Part shown: positions 1 to 12,214 of the stretch, in pieces
Layout: each line of letters opens with the position of its first letter
Numbering within the stretch: the stretch's first letter is position 1
NCBI GenBank assembly: GCA_030390025.1
Contig: CM059432.1
Location: 43,278,001-43,342,000 of the forward strand
DNA from: Squalus acanthias
Lineage: Eukaryota
DNA: 64,000 nt
Reading direction: 5' to 3'
Notes under the pieces: generated by a model
The model's database searches: none
What the model was told of the DNA's origin: nothing
The model's input: the letters and a program-made list of their open reading frames with translations, nothing else
Position numbers and translations under genes: made by a program

Positions 1-280
1 TAGATTTATTCTGCTATAAAGGAGCCATATCCCACTGTCTCCTGGGACACACTCCAGCTGTTTAGACTATAATTCCATCACTGGCAGAAATGGTTAGGGC
101 AGACCTCTCTGAAATGTCTTCATTTCTGCTTTCCCTATAAATTGCAAATGAGGCCTTTTGTAATAATGTTAAAATATGCATGTGGAGGAATTAAGGTACC
201 TTAGGGTCAGTGGCAAAGTCTCAAAAGGGGGTCACTGAAAGCTAGGAGCAGCTGGCAGATGCAGTCCAAAACTTACTTAC

Positions 281-495
281 CCAGAGATTGTTGATCTGAT
301 TTTTTTTTTATTTTAGAAGAACCACATTTTAATGGTTTATAGATGTCTGCATAAATCTTAGTCAAAAGAATGTGTTTGTAACGGGCTTTTTTGTACTGTA
401 GTTTTGTTTGTTCTTGTTGCATTTGATCCTGTGTTCTGCCACGAAGCCTGCTGAGAGGATTATCATTTCTCTTTTGCTCTTTCAATGCACCCATC
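281..495 (-). CDS. Candidate exon (215 bp) of an unidentified minus-strand transcript, open frame MGALKEQKRNDNPLSRLRGRTQDQ...KKKSDQQSL
   Basis: Strong donor CTGG|gtaagtaagt; T-rich tract then gatcag|G acceptor (weakened by an upstream AG); 71 open codons; phase fits the 896-964 candidate. Confidence 0.35.
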
Positions 496-895
496 CTGAT
501 CTCACCAATTAAAAAAAAAATAAGATCAAACTGAAGATGTATATTATACAATTCAAACAGATTGTTTAGAATGGGTTCACATTCCTTATTAAAAATGCTG
601 TACCACTCCCATTCATTGTAGCATCGAAGTAACGTAGGAACAGAATTCTATTTTTATTATTGTGGACCATATTCAACCTATTGTTATTTTTTATTGCTAT
701 GAACATATATACAGTAATTTGAGAAGATTAATTCTGAGGCTGAACACCACCCACAATTCATTCAGTCTGGGGGTCAGATGGGCAGCTGCAAAAACTGCTC
801 TGCTAATTATAAGGATTCGGCATTCGTTAATAGAATCTTTCTCTGCAAACGGCAGATGTGTGTTCGCTCATGCAGATTATTAATTCCGGCTTTAC

Positions 896-964
896 CTCAG
901 CTGCAGCTTCTGCTGTGCTGAGTGGAATCCACTGATAGAACTGTCAGTTATCAGCAGAGTGATG
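896..964 (-). CDS. Candidate 69-bp exon (ITLLITDSSISGFHSAQQKLQL)
   Basis: Long polypyrimidine tract ttttttcccccctctctgtttctctcactctctggcag acceptor; GAG|gtaaag donor; only the phase-2 frame is open. Confidence 0.35.
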
Positions 965-1354
965 CTGCCAGAGAGTGAGAGAAACAGAGAGGGGGGAAAA
1001 AATCATTTAATCACAGGTGTACCTAAGCTAGAATCTACCTCTACTCTTTCCACTCACACCCAAACAATTAAACTTCAATTTTGGAATTCATTAATCTGTA
1101 GGCAACATTACAAGAACTAATTTATGCCTGTCAGAGGCAATGGACAGAAACTAATATGAAGGTAATTGCAATAAAGAAAATCCCAGTACCCTACTGATCA
1201 TGTGCTTTTATTAACAAACATTTGATCTGGCATTTATCATTAAACACAATTAAAAATAACAATGGTCATCTACGACATTAAGCAGCCATATAGGGCATAA
1301 CCTTAACTCTTATCTATGTAAATTTAATTAATGAAATGAAACTGCAACATTTTG

Positions 1355-1643
1355 TTATTTTTCCTTAGGATGTGGGTGATACTGGCAAAATGGTATTTAT
1401 TGCCGATCCCTAGAGCATTAAGAGTGGGAATAGAGCCATGTGTAGGCCTGACCAGATAGGGGGCAGCAGAATATTGGTGGAACTAGTTGGGTATTTATGA
1501 CAATCCAGTAGTTTTTATGGTCATTTTCTGGCAGCAGACCACAAATAACCAGACATATTGAGTTCAATTTCATAACTTGCCATATTGGGATTTGAGCTTA
1601 CAATCGCTGGGTTGCTCGTCTAGTGTCATAACGACTAGGCTCC
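1355..1643 (-). mobile_element. Old tRNA-headed SINE sharing its 5' body and 3' tail with the LINE at 21865-25054
   Basis: Reverse complement has a degenerate tRNA-like head, a body similar to 24780-25054, and a tail ggcaataaatacc...cccacatcctaagg like the LINE 3' end. Confidence 0.65.
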
Positions 1644-3149
1644 TATTTGCATTATGCAGCTTGCCTGGAAATAAATTGGCTGTGCAAATACATTGAGTTT
1701 ATATTATTATGAAAGATACAATATAACCCCCATTAAGCCAAAACATTAACTTATAACAATATATCTACATGGACATCAGCATTGTAGCATGCTGTGGAAA
1801 TATAAAATTAGGAAGCAAGTTGAAATCTCCATGAAAAATTGAAAATATTGTTCCTATGAAATGAATAGTAAAAGGAAAACAAATGCTGTCCTAAAATGTG
1901 CTTGTATGTACATTTTTCTTTAAATAGCAGGCCAATTTTCAAAATCTAGTACATGCAGAGAAAGATCCTGTTAATGACTGGGAAATTCTTATCCTGTAAT
2001 TGAGTATAATAGCCCTTTAAGTTGCTCACTAGTGCTGTTATTATTTCTTTAATTTTTGTTAACTAATTATCCTTTTAAAATAACTCCTTTACAAATCCTG
2101 CCTCTTCAGTGACATCATAGTCAAAGCAATTCAGTTATTGAGTGACAGTTCCATAAGTATAGTCGGAATGGGTTCTCTCATGCTTGCATATAATATAACT
2201 TTTTATCATTGAGCATTTGCTTAGGATTTTTAATAAATTATATGGCAATTGTAAAGATTATAATGATGCTCTCAATAAAAATAATCTGCAAGTAACTTAT
2301 ATATAGAGTCAGGTATCAACAGTACAGTTTTATTTTAATTTCTCTTGACATTAACACTCTTCTAAAATAAATCTTTTGTAGCTGGCTGGGTTAGTTGATA
2401 CTAAAAAGGAATTCAGTGAATTCTATTTGCTGAATAAATTCTAATTCACCAGAAACCAGGTATTTTTGTAGTAATGGAAGACAAATTGTAGCAAATCTAT
2501 CTAAGAAGACAAGTTAATAGCCTTATACAAAATAGCAAGCAAGAATATCTTGAAAAGGTCAACTCTCTTGTCACGATATCTTTTCTCACATTAAAACCAC
2601 AAAAATGAACTGACTATATTTTTCTAGTAACGCACCGTAACACTCACACTTCCTGTAAAGATGAGAAAAATGAACATATAAATACAGTTTATGAAAAGCT
2701 GGAAATTGTACTTTGTTGGGTGGGAAATAATTAAGTATGATATGTGTATAACCCAGTGTTGTGATTTTTCATTTTGTTCCAGAGAACAGAAGTGACTTAC
2801 TTTTTTTTTTGAAGTAAAGTACATATGCAGTTTTTATACCAGGAATATTTAGTTGCTTGGTACAGCATAGGGTGTGAAGGGTCATCTACTTCCTAATAGG
2901 AAGGGAGGAACAATCAGAAAGAGGTGCTCTGGTCTGAGCTACTTTCACACAACTCCACCCTCTTATGCTGTTAATAAAGTGCCATTGGCAGAGGCCTGGG
3001 AATAAGGCACCTGTCCGTTTTCATAGTTGGGCAATGGGGGTTGGTGCATAGCATGGGAAGGCCAAAAATGAGAGAAAGGAGACAACAGTAAAGTCCATAA
3101 AAAGGCACAGTTCAGTATTTCTACTTTTTAACATCAAGAAAGTCCAAAA

Positions 3150-4182
3150 GGGGCCCCAAAAATCCTCCGGCCAAGATCCATGTAGTTACGCTAAGATTGT
3201 GCCTGCTGGTGCCCTCCAGTGCGGACGCTGCTGGAGGACGTGACTTCACTGGAAAAGCACCTCATTTGCATGGGGTCAGTAACGCCCACGCTACCACAAG
3301 TGAAACTCCACACTTTGTTGCCATCTGGAGGTGGGAGGGAAGCTAGTTTCTCCCCCACCCATCACCCCCTCCCACCCCGAGATATATTTCTTGAGCTCTC
3401 CTACTAAAAAAAAATTATCTTTAGTGGTGCAAGACACCTCCTTGGCCTGGACTGGGGCCCACTTGTTGCTTCCTGGAGACCAGTGCACCTGATCTGACTG
3501 ATTGGGTGGGGAGAATCTCATGTACTGGCCTCTAAACATACACCAGGTCCCATTAGGATCAAATAAGCAGAAACTCCTAGCATAGGGAAGCTTTGCCCCT
3601 CTACACCAGTCGCCTTGTTTGAAGCAGACAGAGGCCCCTAAACAAGGCCACTAGAAATCCTATTCGAAGCCACGGGCAGCACGGTGGCATAGTGGTTAGC
3701 ACTGGTGCCTCACAGCGCCAGAGACCCGGGTTCGAATCTGACCTCGGGTGACTGTCTGTGTGGAGTTTGCACATTCTCCCCGTGTCTGCGTGGGTTTCCT
3801 CCGGGTGCTCCGGTTTCCTCCCACAGTCCAAAAATGTGCGGGTTAGGTTGATTTGGCTATGATAAATTGACCCTAAGTGTTAGGGGGGGATTAAATATGT
3901 GGGGTTATGGGGATAGGATGGGATATGTTAGGGGGAATTAAATATGTGGGGTTACGGGGGTAGGGTGGGATATGTGTACTGTGGGGATTAAAGCAGGGAC
4001 AGGGTACTGGATTTGGATGATCAGCCATGATCGTATTGAATGGTGGAGCAGGCTCGACGGGCCGAATGGCCTACTCCTGCTCCTGGATTCTATGTTTCTA
4101 TGTTTCTAACACCTGGTGTATCCAAGTTCCAGTAGAGTTTCTGGCCTCCCGCTGGAGTTAATGTGAGAGTAAATTCGGCCCC
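3150..4182. mobile_element. Degenerate Harbinger-type MITE interrupted by an HE1-like SINE
   Basis: Imperfect TIRs ggggccccaaaaat / aaattcggcccc resembling other elements in the window; flanks aaa/aac. Confidence 0.4.
3674..4108 (+). mobile_element. HE1-like V-SINE (tRNA head, V domain, CR1/HER1-type tail)
   Basis: A box tggcatagtgg, B box ggttcgaatct, V-domain gtgtggagtttgcacattctccccgtgtctgcgtgggtttcc, tail gaatggcctactcctgctcc...(tatgtttc)n. Confidence 0.9.
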
Positions 4183-6963
4183 AACACCTTAAAATAACGA
4201 ATAGATCTCATTTTATATTTCTTCAGGCTTTGACGCATGAATTGAAGTCAAATAGTTTGTGCAATTCCCTTTACAAATTATAGAAATTTCTGCCATCTTT
4301 AGAAGATTACAAAAGGCAAAATTAAATTTACTTTTCTTCGTCCAGTTATTCATAAACTGGCTTTAAAGGTTACAGTTTTTTTTTCCAAACTTCTTGTCAA
4401 TAGTAACATTTTAAACAATCAGAAGGCATGTATTATTCATGAAGATTAAACATCAGCTGAATTTGTTCTGAACATTCATTTTTAGCATTAGTGCAGATTT
4501 TTCAGCAGTCACAGTGTGTGATTATAATTGGTGCATAAAATAAATAACTGCTTGGGAAATTTTCCTTACATACAAAATACTTAATGCAACTTTTGTTTTC
4601 TGATTTTCAGCCTAGACTCGAATCAGACAGCCTTCATTAATGTTTCATTTTGAAGCAAAAGCACGCTTACCAGAGGACTAGTTACGGCTTGCAGTAATTT
4701 ACCATTAAATTGATTATCTTTCCATCTTTTGTTTCTACAGTGAGAGTCTGCACTAGTAGCTCCTTTTGTTTACCCCACTAACTAGCTCCATGGGGTAGGA
4801 TGTTTGAAATGTGGATCCTTTGCCAGGGATTTGTCAACACACATCCCTAAATGAGGGAAAACTGCTTGTTTTTTCCTACCTCCATCTGTCTGTTTATTCA
4901 TGTTCTAAAAGCAAACTGAATTCTCATATGACTGAGTCAGTGAAAATCACTATTACCTTACTAACTACAACAGCAAGTTTGTGTTCAAAGCAGTAATTTT
5001 TTGCAGCGTATTAATATTGTGCTGTAAATACACCATGTAAAATGTATCTAAGACACTAATGACTGATGTTCATTGTTTTATTTGTATACAGTATGGCTAA
5101 GAAAAATATGCTGTATAGCCACACATTATAGAATGGAAACAAATGAGGTCCCTGCATGCACTTGATATTATATGAAATATGAAATTCAGTATGTGCAGCA
5201 TCTCATTTTATTTTGAAAATGCAACGGGTTTGAGCAACTTCTAATTAGCAAAGACCTCAAGGTTCCTTCAGTTGCAGTTCTGAGACTGTCATTTTTATTA
5301 GCAGGTTTAAAATGTGGGTTTTTTTGTGTTATTTTCCTGTCACTATATATATTAACTATGTATATTTAATAATGTGGTAGTCTTTGAAAATTAGCCAAGC
5401 TTCCATTACACCACATCAAATTTAAATTCATAGAGGGTTTGGAAGTGGCAGGTTTTCATTATACGGCCATGTAGTAGCAAAAGCAATGATTATTGATTGG
5501 GAACCCGTTTCACAAATGGTGTACTTGACTGTTATTGGCTCACATCTCTCCCAGGGCTGGGGTGGCAGCTGTCAGCTGGTCCTTGTAGACACGCTCCTTT
5601 CCATCTGTACTGCTATATTAGCAGGGTCACAAGGGGTTTAACCCTCCCTGGATCTCAAGGGGACAATAACATACTAGTTGATTTGGCTGTGAAGTTATAC
5701 GTATGATTAATAGATGGGATAACCGGTTCTTACTCTGTTAAAGCACTTTAGGAGCAATTATCCAGTTTGATCCAAGCAGATTATGAAACAGATAACCACA
5801 CAACATTACAATTGCAGTAGCAGCCAAGAGTTTGGCAGAACCCACTGTCTAGTTTGTCCTATGGTTGAATGGAGTGTTTTGGTTGATTAGTGGGTGTGTT
5901 TTACAGGAACATTGATAATGAACCATATAATTTTATTTTCATCACAAATGAGTCTTATTTGTCACGTGCTGTATGGTTTGCTAATTGTCTCAAAATGTTG
6001 CATCACATAATGAGTGATTAGCTGTTGGCAGATTTTTTTATTGTTCACTAAAAATCTTGGCATGCTCAGCCTGTACTGAATAATTTAGTATGCAACAAAG
6101 TTGGCAGCTAGAGTGACAGAATGTGCACTGAAATAAGCAGCAACTGCTATCTAAATTCTTTGTGTAGCACCACTGCAGTGAAAAAAATAAGCATTGTTTT
6201 CAATTGTTGTTTACGATTTACTCAGACATCACCGATTAAACAAAATTATGTAATGTTTATTTTCTCCGTATTATCTGGAATGATTTATCCACAATTTTAA
6301 TTTTATATTCATCATCAGCAGACATACTGCCTAAAATCTATTAGTCAACATTGCTTTGAAAATTTAGGTCAGGCAGTTACCCATTAAAGTGCTGTTGTTT
6401 CTAGGCTTGTAGTGATGTCTTCAAGTCTGATTAGTCTGCACACCTTTGAAGATAAAATGTTAGTTTCGAAGCTTTGTCATATCTGTTAATCAGTTGCAGA
6501 TGACAAAAAGTGAAGGATCTGGAAACAGTAAAATGGCTCCTGAGGGTTCATTACAGTACGTGTTCAAACCTGCAATATGTAATGTTAACTGTTCGTTTTC
6601 CACAAGCTTGAGACTCACTCTTGTGGTTATGATGTAAGCTAAACCTTTTGATATGCTATTGGTTTGTAACTCATTGAAGACAGGTTTTCTTGCGTATGGC
6701 ACTTGTGTTATACACATTCTTCTACAAATTACGAAGAGTAGATTGTAGGGCAGATTTTCCTCTTATAGCATTTGAGTGTAAAGAACCACATGGACAGAGC
6801 ACAGAGAGGAAAATTGGTTGCGGAGGATCACACACCTGTAACGGAGCCCACTCGCCTTTTTGCCTATTTAAATTAACGGGTGGAAGTTCAGCCAGGCTCT
6901 GTTAAAAACATGGGATTCTCCCCACCCAATCTTCCTTCATGTGCTCCGTCTAGGCAATACTTT

Positions 6964-7620
6964 ATAGAATCATAGAATGGTTACAGCACAGAAGGAGGCC
7001 ATTCGGCCCGTCGAGCCCGTGCCGGCTCTCTGCGAGAGCACATCAGCTAGTCCCACTCCCCCGCCCTTTCCCTGTAGCCCTCCAAAAAAATTTCCTTCAG
7101 GTACTTATCCAAGCCCCAATTGAATCTGCCTCCATCACCCTTTCAGGCAGTGCATTCCAGATCCTAACCACTCGCTGCGTAAAAAAGGTTTTCTTCATGT
7201 CGCCTTTGGTTCTTCTACCAATCACCTTAAATCTGTGTCCGCTGGTTCTCGACCCTTCCACCAATGGGAACAGTTTCTCTTAATCTACTCTGTCCAGACC
7301 CCTCATGATTTTGAACACCTCTATCAAATCTCCTCTCAACCTTCTCTGCTCGAAGGAGAACAACCCCAACTTCTCCAGACTATCCACGTAACTGAAGTCC
7401 CTCATCCCTGGAACCATTCTTGTAAATCTTTTCTGCACCCTCTCTAAGGCCTTCACATCCTTCCTAAAGTGCAGTGCCCAGAATTGGACACAATACTCCA
7501 GTTGAGGCCGAACCAGTGTTTTATAAACTTGTGTTTTATAAAGATTTATCATAACTTCCTTGCTTTTGTACTCTATGCCTCTATTTATGAAGCCCAGCAT
7601 CCTGTATGCTTTTTTATGCT
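6964..7620 (-). mobile_element. CR1 LINE 3' fragment
   Basis: ORF 7280-7600 (YKTLVRPQLEYCVQFW, RRLRGDLIEVFKIM) plus 3' UTR and attctat tail. Confidence 0.92.
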
Positions 7621-9477
7621 TTTATGCTCAAGCCCTCTAACATAACAATCTGCCCTATAGTTTATTCCTCTTAATAAATTGTTGCTTACTTTGAATTATC
7701 TTTAATTAGAATTTTTTCAACTAAAAAAGTGCTCCTGTGCTGTTTTATTTAAATTGTTTAATTGAAACAATTGGATAATTCAGGTTTTTTTCGAGCAAAA
7801 ATGACTTTGAATCCACAGGTGCAAATTGTATTGAACAGTTGATAACCTAATACATGAAAAACATAGTCAAAATGGCAAAAAGCTTTACGTTTGTTGTGTT
7901 TTCCATTAACTTTAAAATAGCATATAGCAATAGATCTTCAACTTGTTGTCCAGGTGTAAAACTGGTGGTGTGGATCAGTCGCCCGTTATAGAACCCGCCC
8001 AATTCTCATTTCCATTGATCTACCCCATAGGCTACCCCAAGACAGTAACATATCAAGAGATTGAAGTGATATAAACCATGAAAGCAAAGCTTGAGTGATT
8101 TATCAGTATCATCTAAATCTTAAAATGTATTACATTCAAGGCACCCACTCTAGCCCATGTAGTTCTATATATTATATACAGGAAGAGTTTGGGAGGAGAG
8201 CAATTATTCTCTGTTCAGCAAGTTTATTTTTTTGCCATCAATAGGTGTCATGGTGAACAGTGACAGATGGCTGGCATCTGTGGTCAAGTCATATGACTAG
8301 AACTGAAATTCTATTGTAGCACATGACTTAAACCCAATGATATCAGGTTCTATTCTGCTGCATGATATACTGTACAGCATACCCAGTATATATTATAATA
8401 GTATTTCATCTATGTTATGCATGTTTATATACTGAATGCACGTTAAAACAATGGTTGAAAAAAGACTTAAGATGGCAAAACACTACACTTGTTCAGATTT
8501 CATTATGTTTCATCGTTCACTTACCTAACTTTGTCTCATCATACACACAACTAAAATAATAAGGTTCAAAACAATATTTGTGGTAATTTCAATTTCATAC
8601 AAAATTTGGAAGTTGGTCAGTGATGGAGGTTTTTCGACCTTATATGTAGTAAAAAGCAATACTCATTGATCAGAAACCATTTTCACAAATGGTGTACTAG
8701 ACTGCTGTTGGGTTAAATCCCTTTATAGCCAGGTTATCAGTCGTCAGATTCTTCACTGAAGCGGTTTTATTCCTGACCTAATCCCAAGTAAAAGAAATCT
8801 AATTACCATTAAATTGAAATTTTCTTATATATACTCCAATCTGGGAAGATGATTAATTTAGTACAATCCTACCATGCCACCATTGGATGCAAAGACAAAC
8901 TCAGCCAATATTCCATCTGAATTATGTCTTAACAAAGAGGTGGTGAAGTTCTGGGTGTTAGAAAGGTTTCTAACAATCGATTGACACCCAAAAATAATAC
9001 AATTATGAGGTTTGAAATATTTGTCCAATAGGAACAGAGGTTACAAGTTTCTGACACCTGTGTTCACCATTGCAAATGGATTGGAAAAGCGGTTGCTAAT
9101 TAAATTCATTATCTGGAGGATTGGGAGAATGTGACCCAACTAAAGTGGGCAACCATGCACTTCTCCATACATAAGGGGCCTGCGATCCTGTCACCTATAA
9201 ATCCAGCTCACAGCTGGTGCTAATGGCATGATTGCTTTTGAGACTAGGCAAGGGGAAAGCAACATGGATTTTCTTCCTGTAGTGACTGTTTTCATCCTAT
9301 CAGATGAGAAATCGAATGAATGGGATACTTAAACGTACAGGTGCATAAATCTCAGGAGACTAATGTGTTTGAGGGAGAAAGCCTACAGAGTCACAGTATC
9401 ATACCTGGGACTGACAGAGGAGCATTGTCTACAGAGGTTGTGATTCTCCCGGGAGGCAATTACTGAACTATGTCAAA

Positions 9478-9587
9478 TTATACCCCAAAAGACTTGAGAA
9501 TCTGCTCCCTGACAAGAACTGCTCTGCTTATATTTGTGAAGGTCACAGCTGCAGTGATTTTTTTTGCTACTGCATCATTCCAGTCAC
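9478..9587 (-). CDS. Candidate exon (G)DWNDAVAKKITAAVTFTNISRAVLVREQILKSFG(V*); terminal, or spliced at GGG|gtataa
   Basis: Acceptor aatattctctgtag|GT; only the phase-1 frame is open; phase fits the 31759-31804 candidate. Confidence 0.4.
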
Positions 9588-9737
9588 CTACAGAGAATAT
9601 TTTGAGCATTAATCATAAAACCATGTTCACTTGCATTCAAGAGAAGACTGGTACACTGTGGGTAGCAGGCAAATTCATTCTCACAGAGCCATGGAGCAAC
9701 TAGTTACAGAGGTAGCAACAATTCAACACCAATGATA

Positions 9738-10603
9738 TAAGAACTTAAGAAATAGGAGCAGGAGTAGGCCATACGGCCCCTCGAGCCTGCTCCACCATTC
9801 AATAAGATCATGGCTGATCTTCGCCCTCAACTCCACTTTCCCGCCCGATCTCCATATCCCTTGATTCCACATGAGTCAAAAAATCTATCTCGGCCTTGAA
9901 TATACTCAACGACTCAGCATCCACAGCCCTGTGAGGTAAAGAATTCCAAAGATTCACCACCCTCTGAGTGAAGAAATTCCTCCTCATCTCATTCTTAAAT
10001 AGCCGGCCCTTTATCCTGAGACTATGCCCCCTAGTTATAGATTCTCCAGCCAGGGGAAACAACCTTTTAGCATCTACCCTGTCAATCCCCCACAGAATCT
10101 TATATGTTTCAATGAGATCACCTCTCATTCTTCTAAACTCCAGACAGTATTGGCCCAATCTACTCAATCTCTCCTCATAGGGCAACCCTCTCTTACCAGG
10201 GATCAATCTGGTGAACCTTTGTTGCACCGCCTCTAAGACATGTATGTCCTTTCTCATATAAGAAGACAAAAACTGTGCACAATACTCCAGGTGTGGTCTC
10301 ACCAAAGCCCTGTACAATTGTAGTAAGACTTCCTTACTCTTGTACTCCAACCCCCTTGCAATAAAGGCCAACATGCCATTTGCCTTCCTAATTGCTTGCT
10401 GTACCTGCATGCTAACTCTGTGTTTCCTGTACGAGGACACCTAAATTTCTCTGAACACCAACATTTAATAGTTTCTCACTATTTAAAAAATATTCTGTTT
10501 TTCGATTCTTCCTACCAAATTGAATAACCTCACATTTCACATTATTCTCCATTTGCCACCTTATTGCCCACTCACTTAACCTGTCTATATCCCTTTGCAG
10601 GCT
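9738..10603 (-). mobile_element. CR1 LINE 3' fragment
   Basis: ORFs 9808-10440 and 10412-10630 match the CR1 ORF2 C-terminus (LQRDIDRL, RPHLEYC, RRMRGDLIETYKIL). Confidence 0.93.
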
Positions 10604-10843
10604 CTTGAGTATATTGTTCTTGAGTATCATTAACTACAAAATGTGGAGATTAAGGCTCCCATTTTCAATCCCATGGCCTACATCATTTGCAAAAGGATCC
10701 CATTCCATTAAGGCACATTAATGGCATATGATGCAGAATGCAGACTCTTGCATGTCTGGGACCACTATTGCAATAATTCATCATCAATCGGTCACTTGTG
10801 ACAACACAATGAAAGACAGCACAGTTAGTTGTTTAGAGATTTG

Positions 10844-11589
10844 GGGGAGAAATTCATTATAGCCCCATTTGGGGCAGTAACTTTTAAAAGTTGAAGAAAT
10901 TAGCACCAGGCGCTAATGTTTTTCAACTTTAAAAAAATTTGGTTCTGCGCTCCAGGAAGGAAGTGGAGCACTAAATCAAGCACTCCACTTCCTTCCTGGA
11001 GCGCAACAGGCAGCAGGCGGGGCGGTAGGTGTGCGGCGCTGCACAATGGGCCATGCAGCGCTGCCGTGTTGGAAGACTCCTTCCCTGCCTTAAAGGGAAG
11101 GGCCATCACTGCAGGCTCTGCAAGGAAAAAACTTACCTGGTCCCCAACGGCAGCCGCGATCTGGCCCGATCAGCCCGATGCACTGCAGCAGAGTGCCGGG
11201 CTGATCGATCGCTGGCGAAGAGAAATGAAAAAAAAACTGAAAGACCACTTGAGAATTTTTTCCACTTACCTCGGCCATCTCGCCTTTAAGTATCGCCCCC
11301 GAAGCACCCAGCCTCCGGATGAACGCCTCCTGCAGCTGCTGGTGTTTTCGCCGGGTGATGCTGCAGGGGGCGGACCCGAAGTTCGGGTCTGGGGCGCTAC
11401 CAGGGCGATGACGTCACGATCTCTGGGTGAAGGAGATCGGGGCGCAACGCCATACCGCCGCTGCAAACCTACCACTGAATATAGCGGGAGTCGATCTTCT
11501 CGCCGCGCCCGATTAGTAAGTGATTAGCGCCCCATTATCGCCCCCCGCAGGTGATAACAGGAGGCGCTAAGGTGCCCAATTTCTAGTTC
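10844..11589. mobile_element. Harbinger-type non-autonomous element (MITE), CpG-rich
   Basis: Ends ggggagaaatt / aatttctagttc, TTG on both flanks; subterminal sequence related to 28716-29607 and 57869-58755. Confidence 0.7.
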
Positions 11590-11819
11590 TTGGACTACTA
11601 CCCAATTCCGTGGCTCATGACCTGATTGCTGAACTCAAAAATGCCAACAGAACAGAGGTAGATCCAAGGACAGAAGACAATACATGACATAATCAAACAA
11701 ACAGGGCTCTGGAGCACTGATTAGAGTTCGGAGGAGGCTTTATAATATGAGCCAGCTGACCAAGAAGAGGATGCAATTCAATATCAATGAGGAAAAATAC
11801 TCGGGCCATGGTCGTGGAT

Positions 11820-11970
11820 TTTTTTTTTACTTTTCCTAGGATGTGGCTAATGTTGGTAGGTCAGCATTTATTGCCTATCCCTAGTTGCCCTGAGAAGGTG
11901 GTAGGACTTTTCTTGAACCACTGCAGTCCTTGTTGTGATGATGCTTGCACAAGGTTGTTAGATATGGAAT
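11820..11970 (-). mobile_element. 3' end fragment of the CR1/L2-group LINE family
   Basis: ggatgtgg...cagcatttattgcctatccctagttgccctgagaaggtggt matches 21880-21990. Confidence 0.75.
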
Positions 11971-12214
11971 GATGAGAGACTCTACCTCCCAGTACCAGCA
12001 TAAAGTGACATACTATATGCATGATAGATGAGGAATAATCTGATCAATATTCACTCACTGCCAAGGTGAGCAACTTCATACCATCATTGCCATCCATTCT
12101 TCCCTTCCCTCTCTCTTTTATTGCCATCCTTGCCCTGTTTCCTCAGTGCCACTGCTGCCTGGGTCCTCCTACTGGTAGTGGAAAGGATCAAGGCCATTGC
12201 AAATTGTAGATGTG

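Noticed and set aside
3674..3745. tRNA gene
   Set aside because: The A/B boxes run straight into a V-SINE body and LINE tail, so this is a SINE head; the same applies to the DeuSINE heads
2636..8550. Additional tiny minus-strand exons (8525-8550, ~7690-7720, ~4671-4734, ~2648-2652)
   Set aside because: Splice-like signals exist and phases can be made to chain, but they are too short to distinguish from chance without RNA data
10916..11527. 203-aa ORF
   Set aside because: Lies within a GC-rich MITE with TIRs and TSD; no recognisable domain
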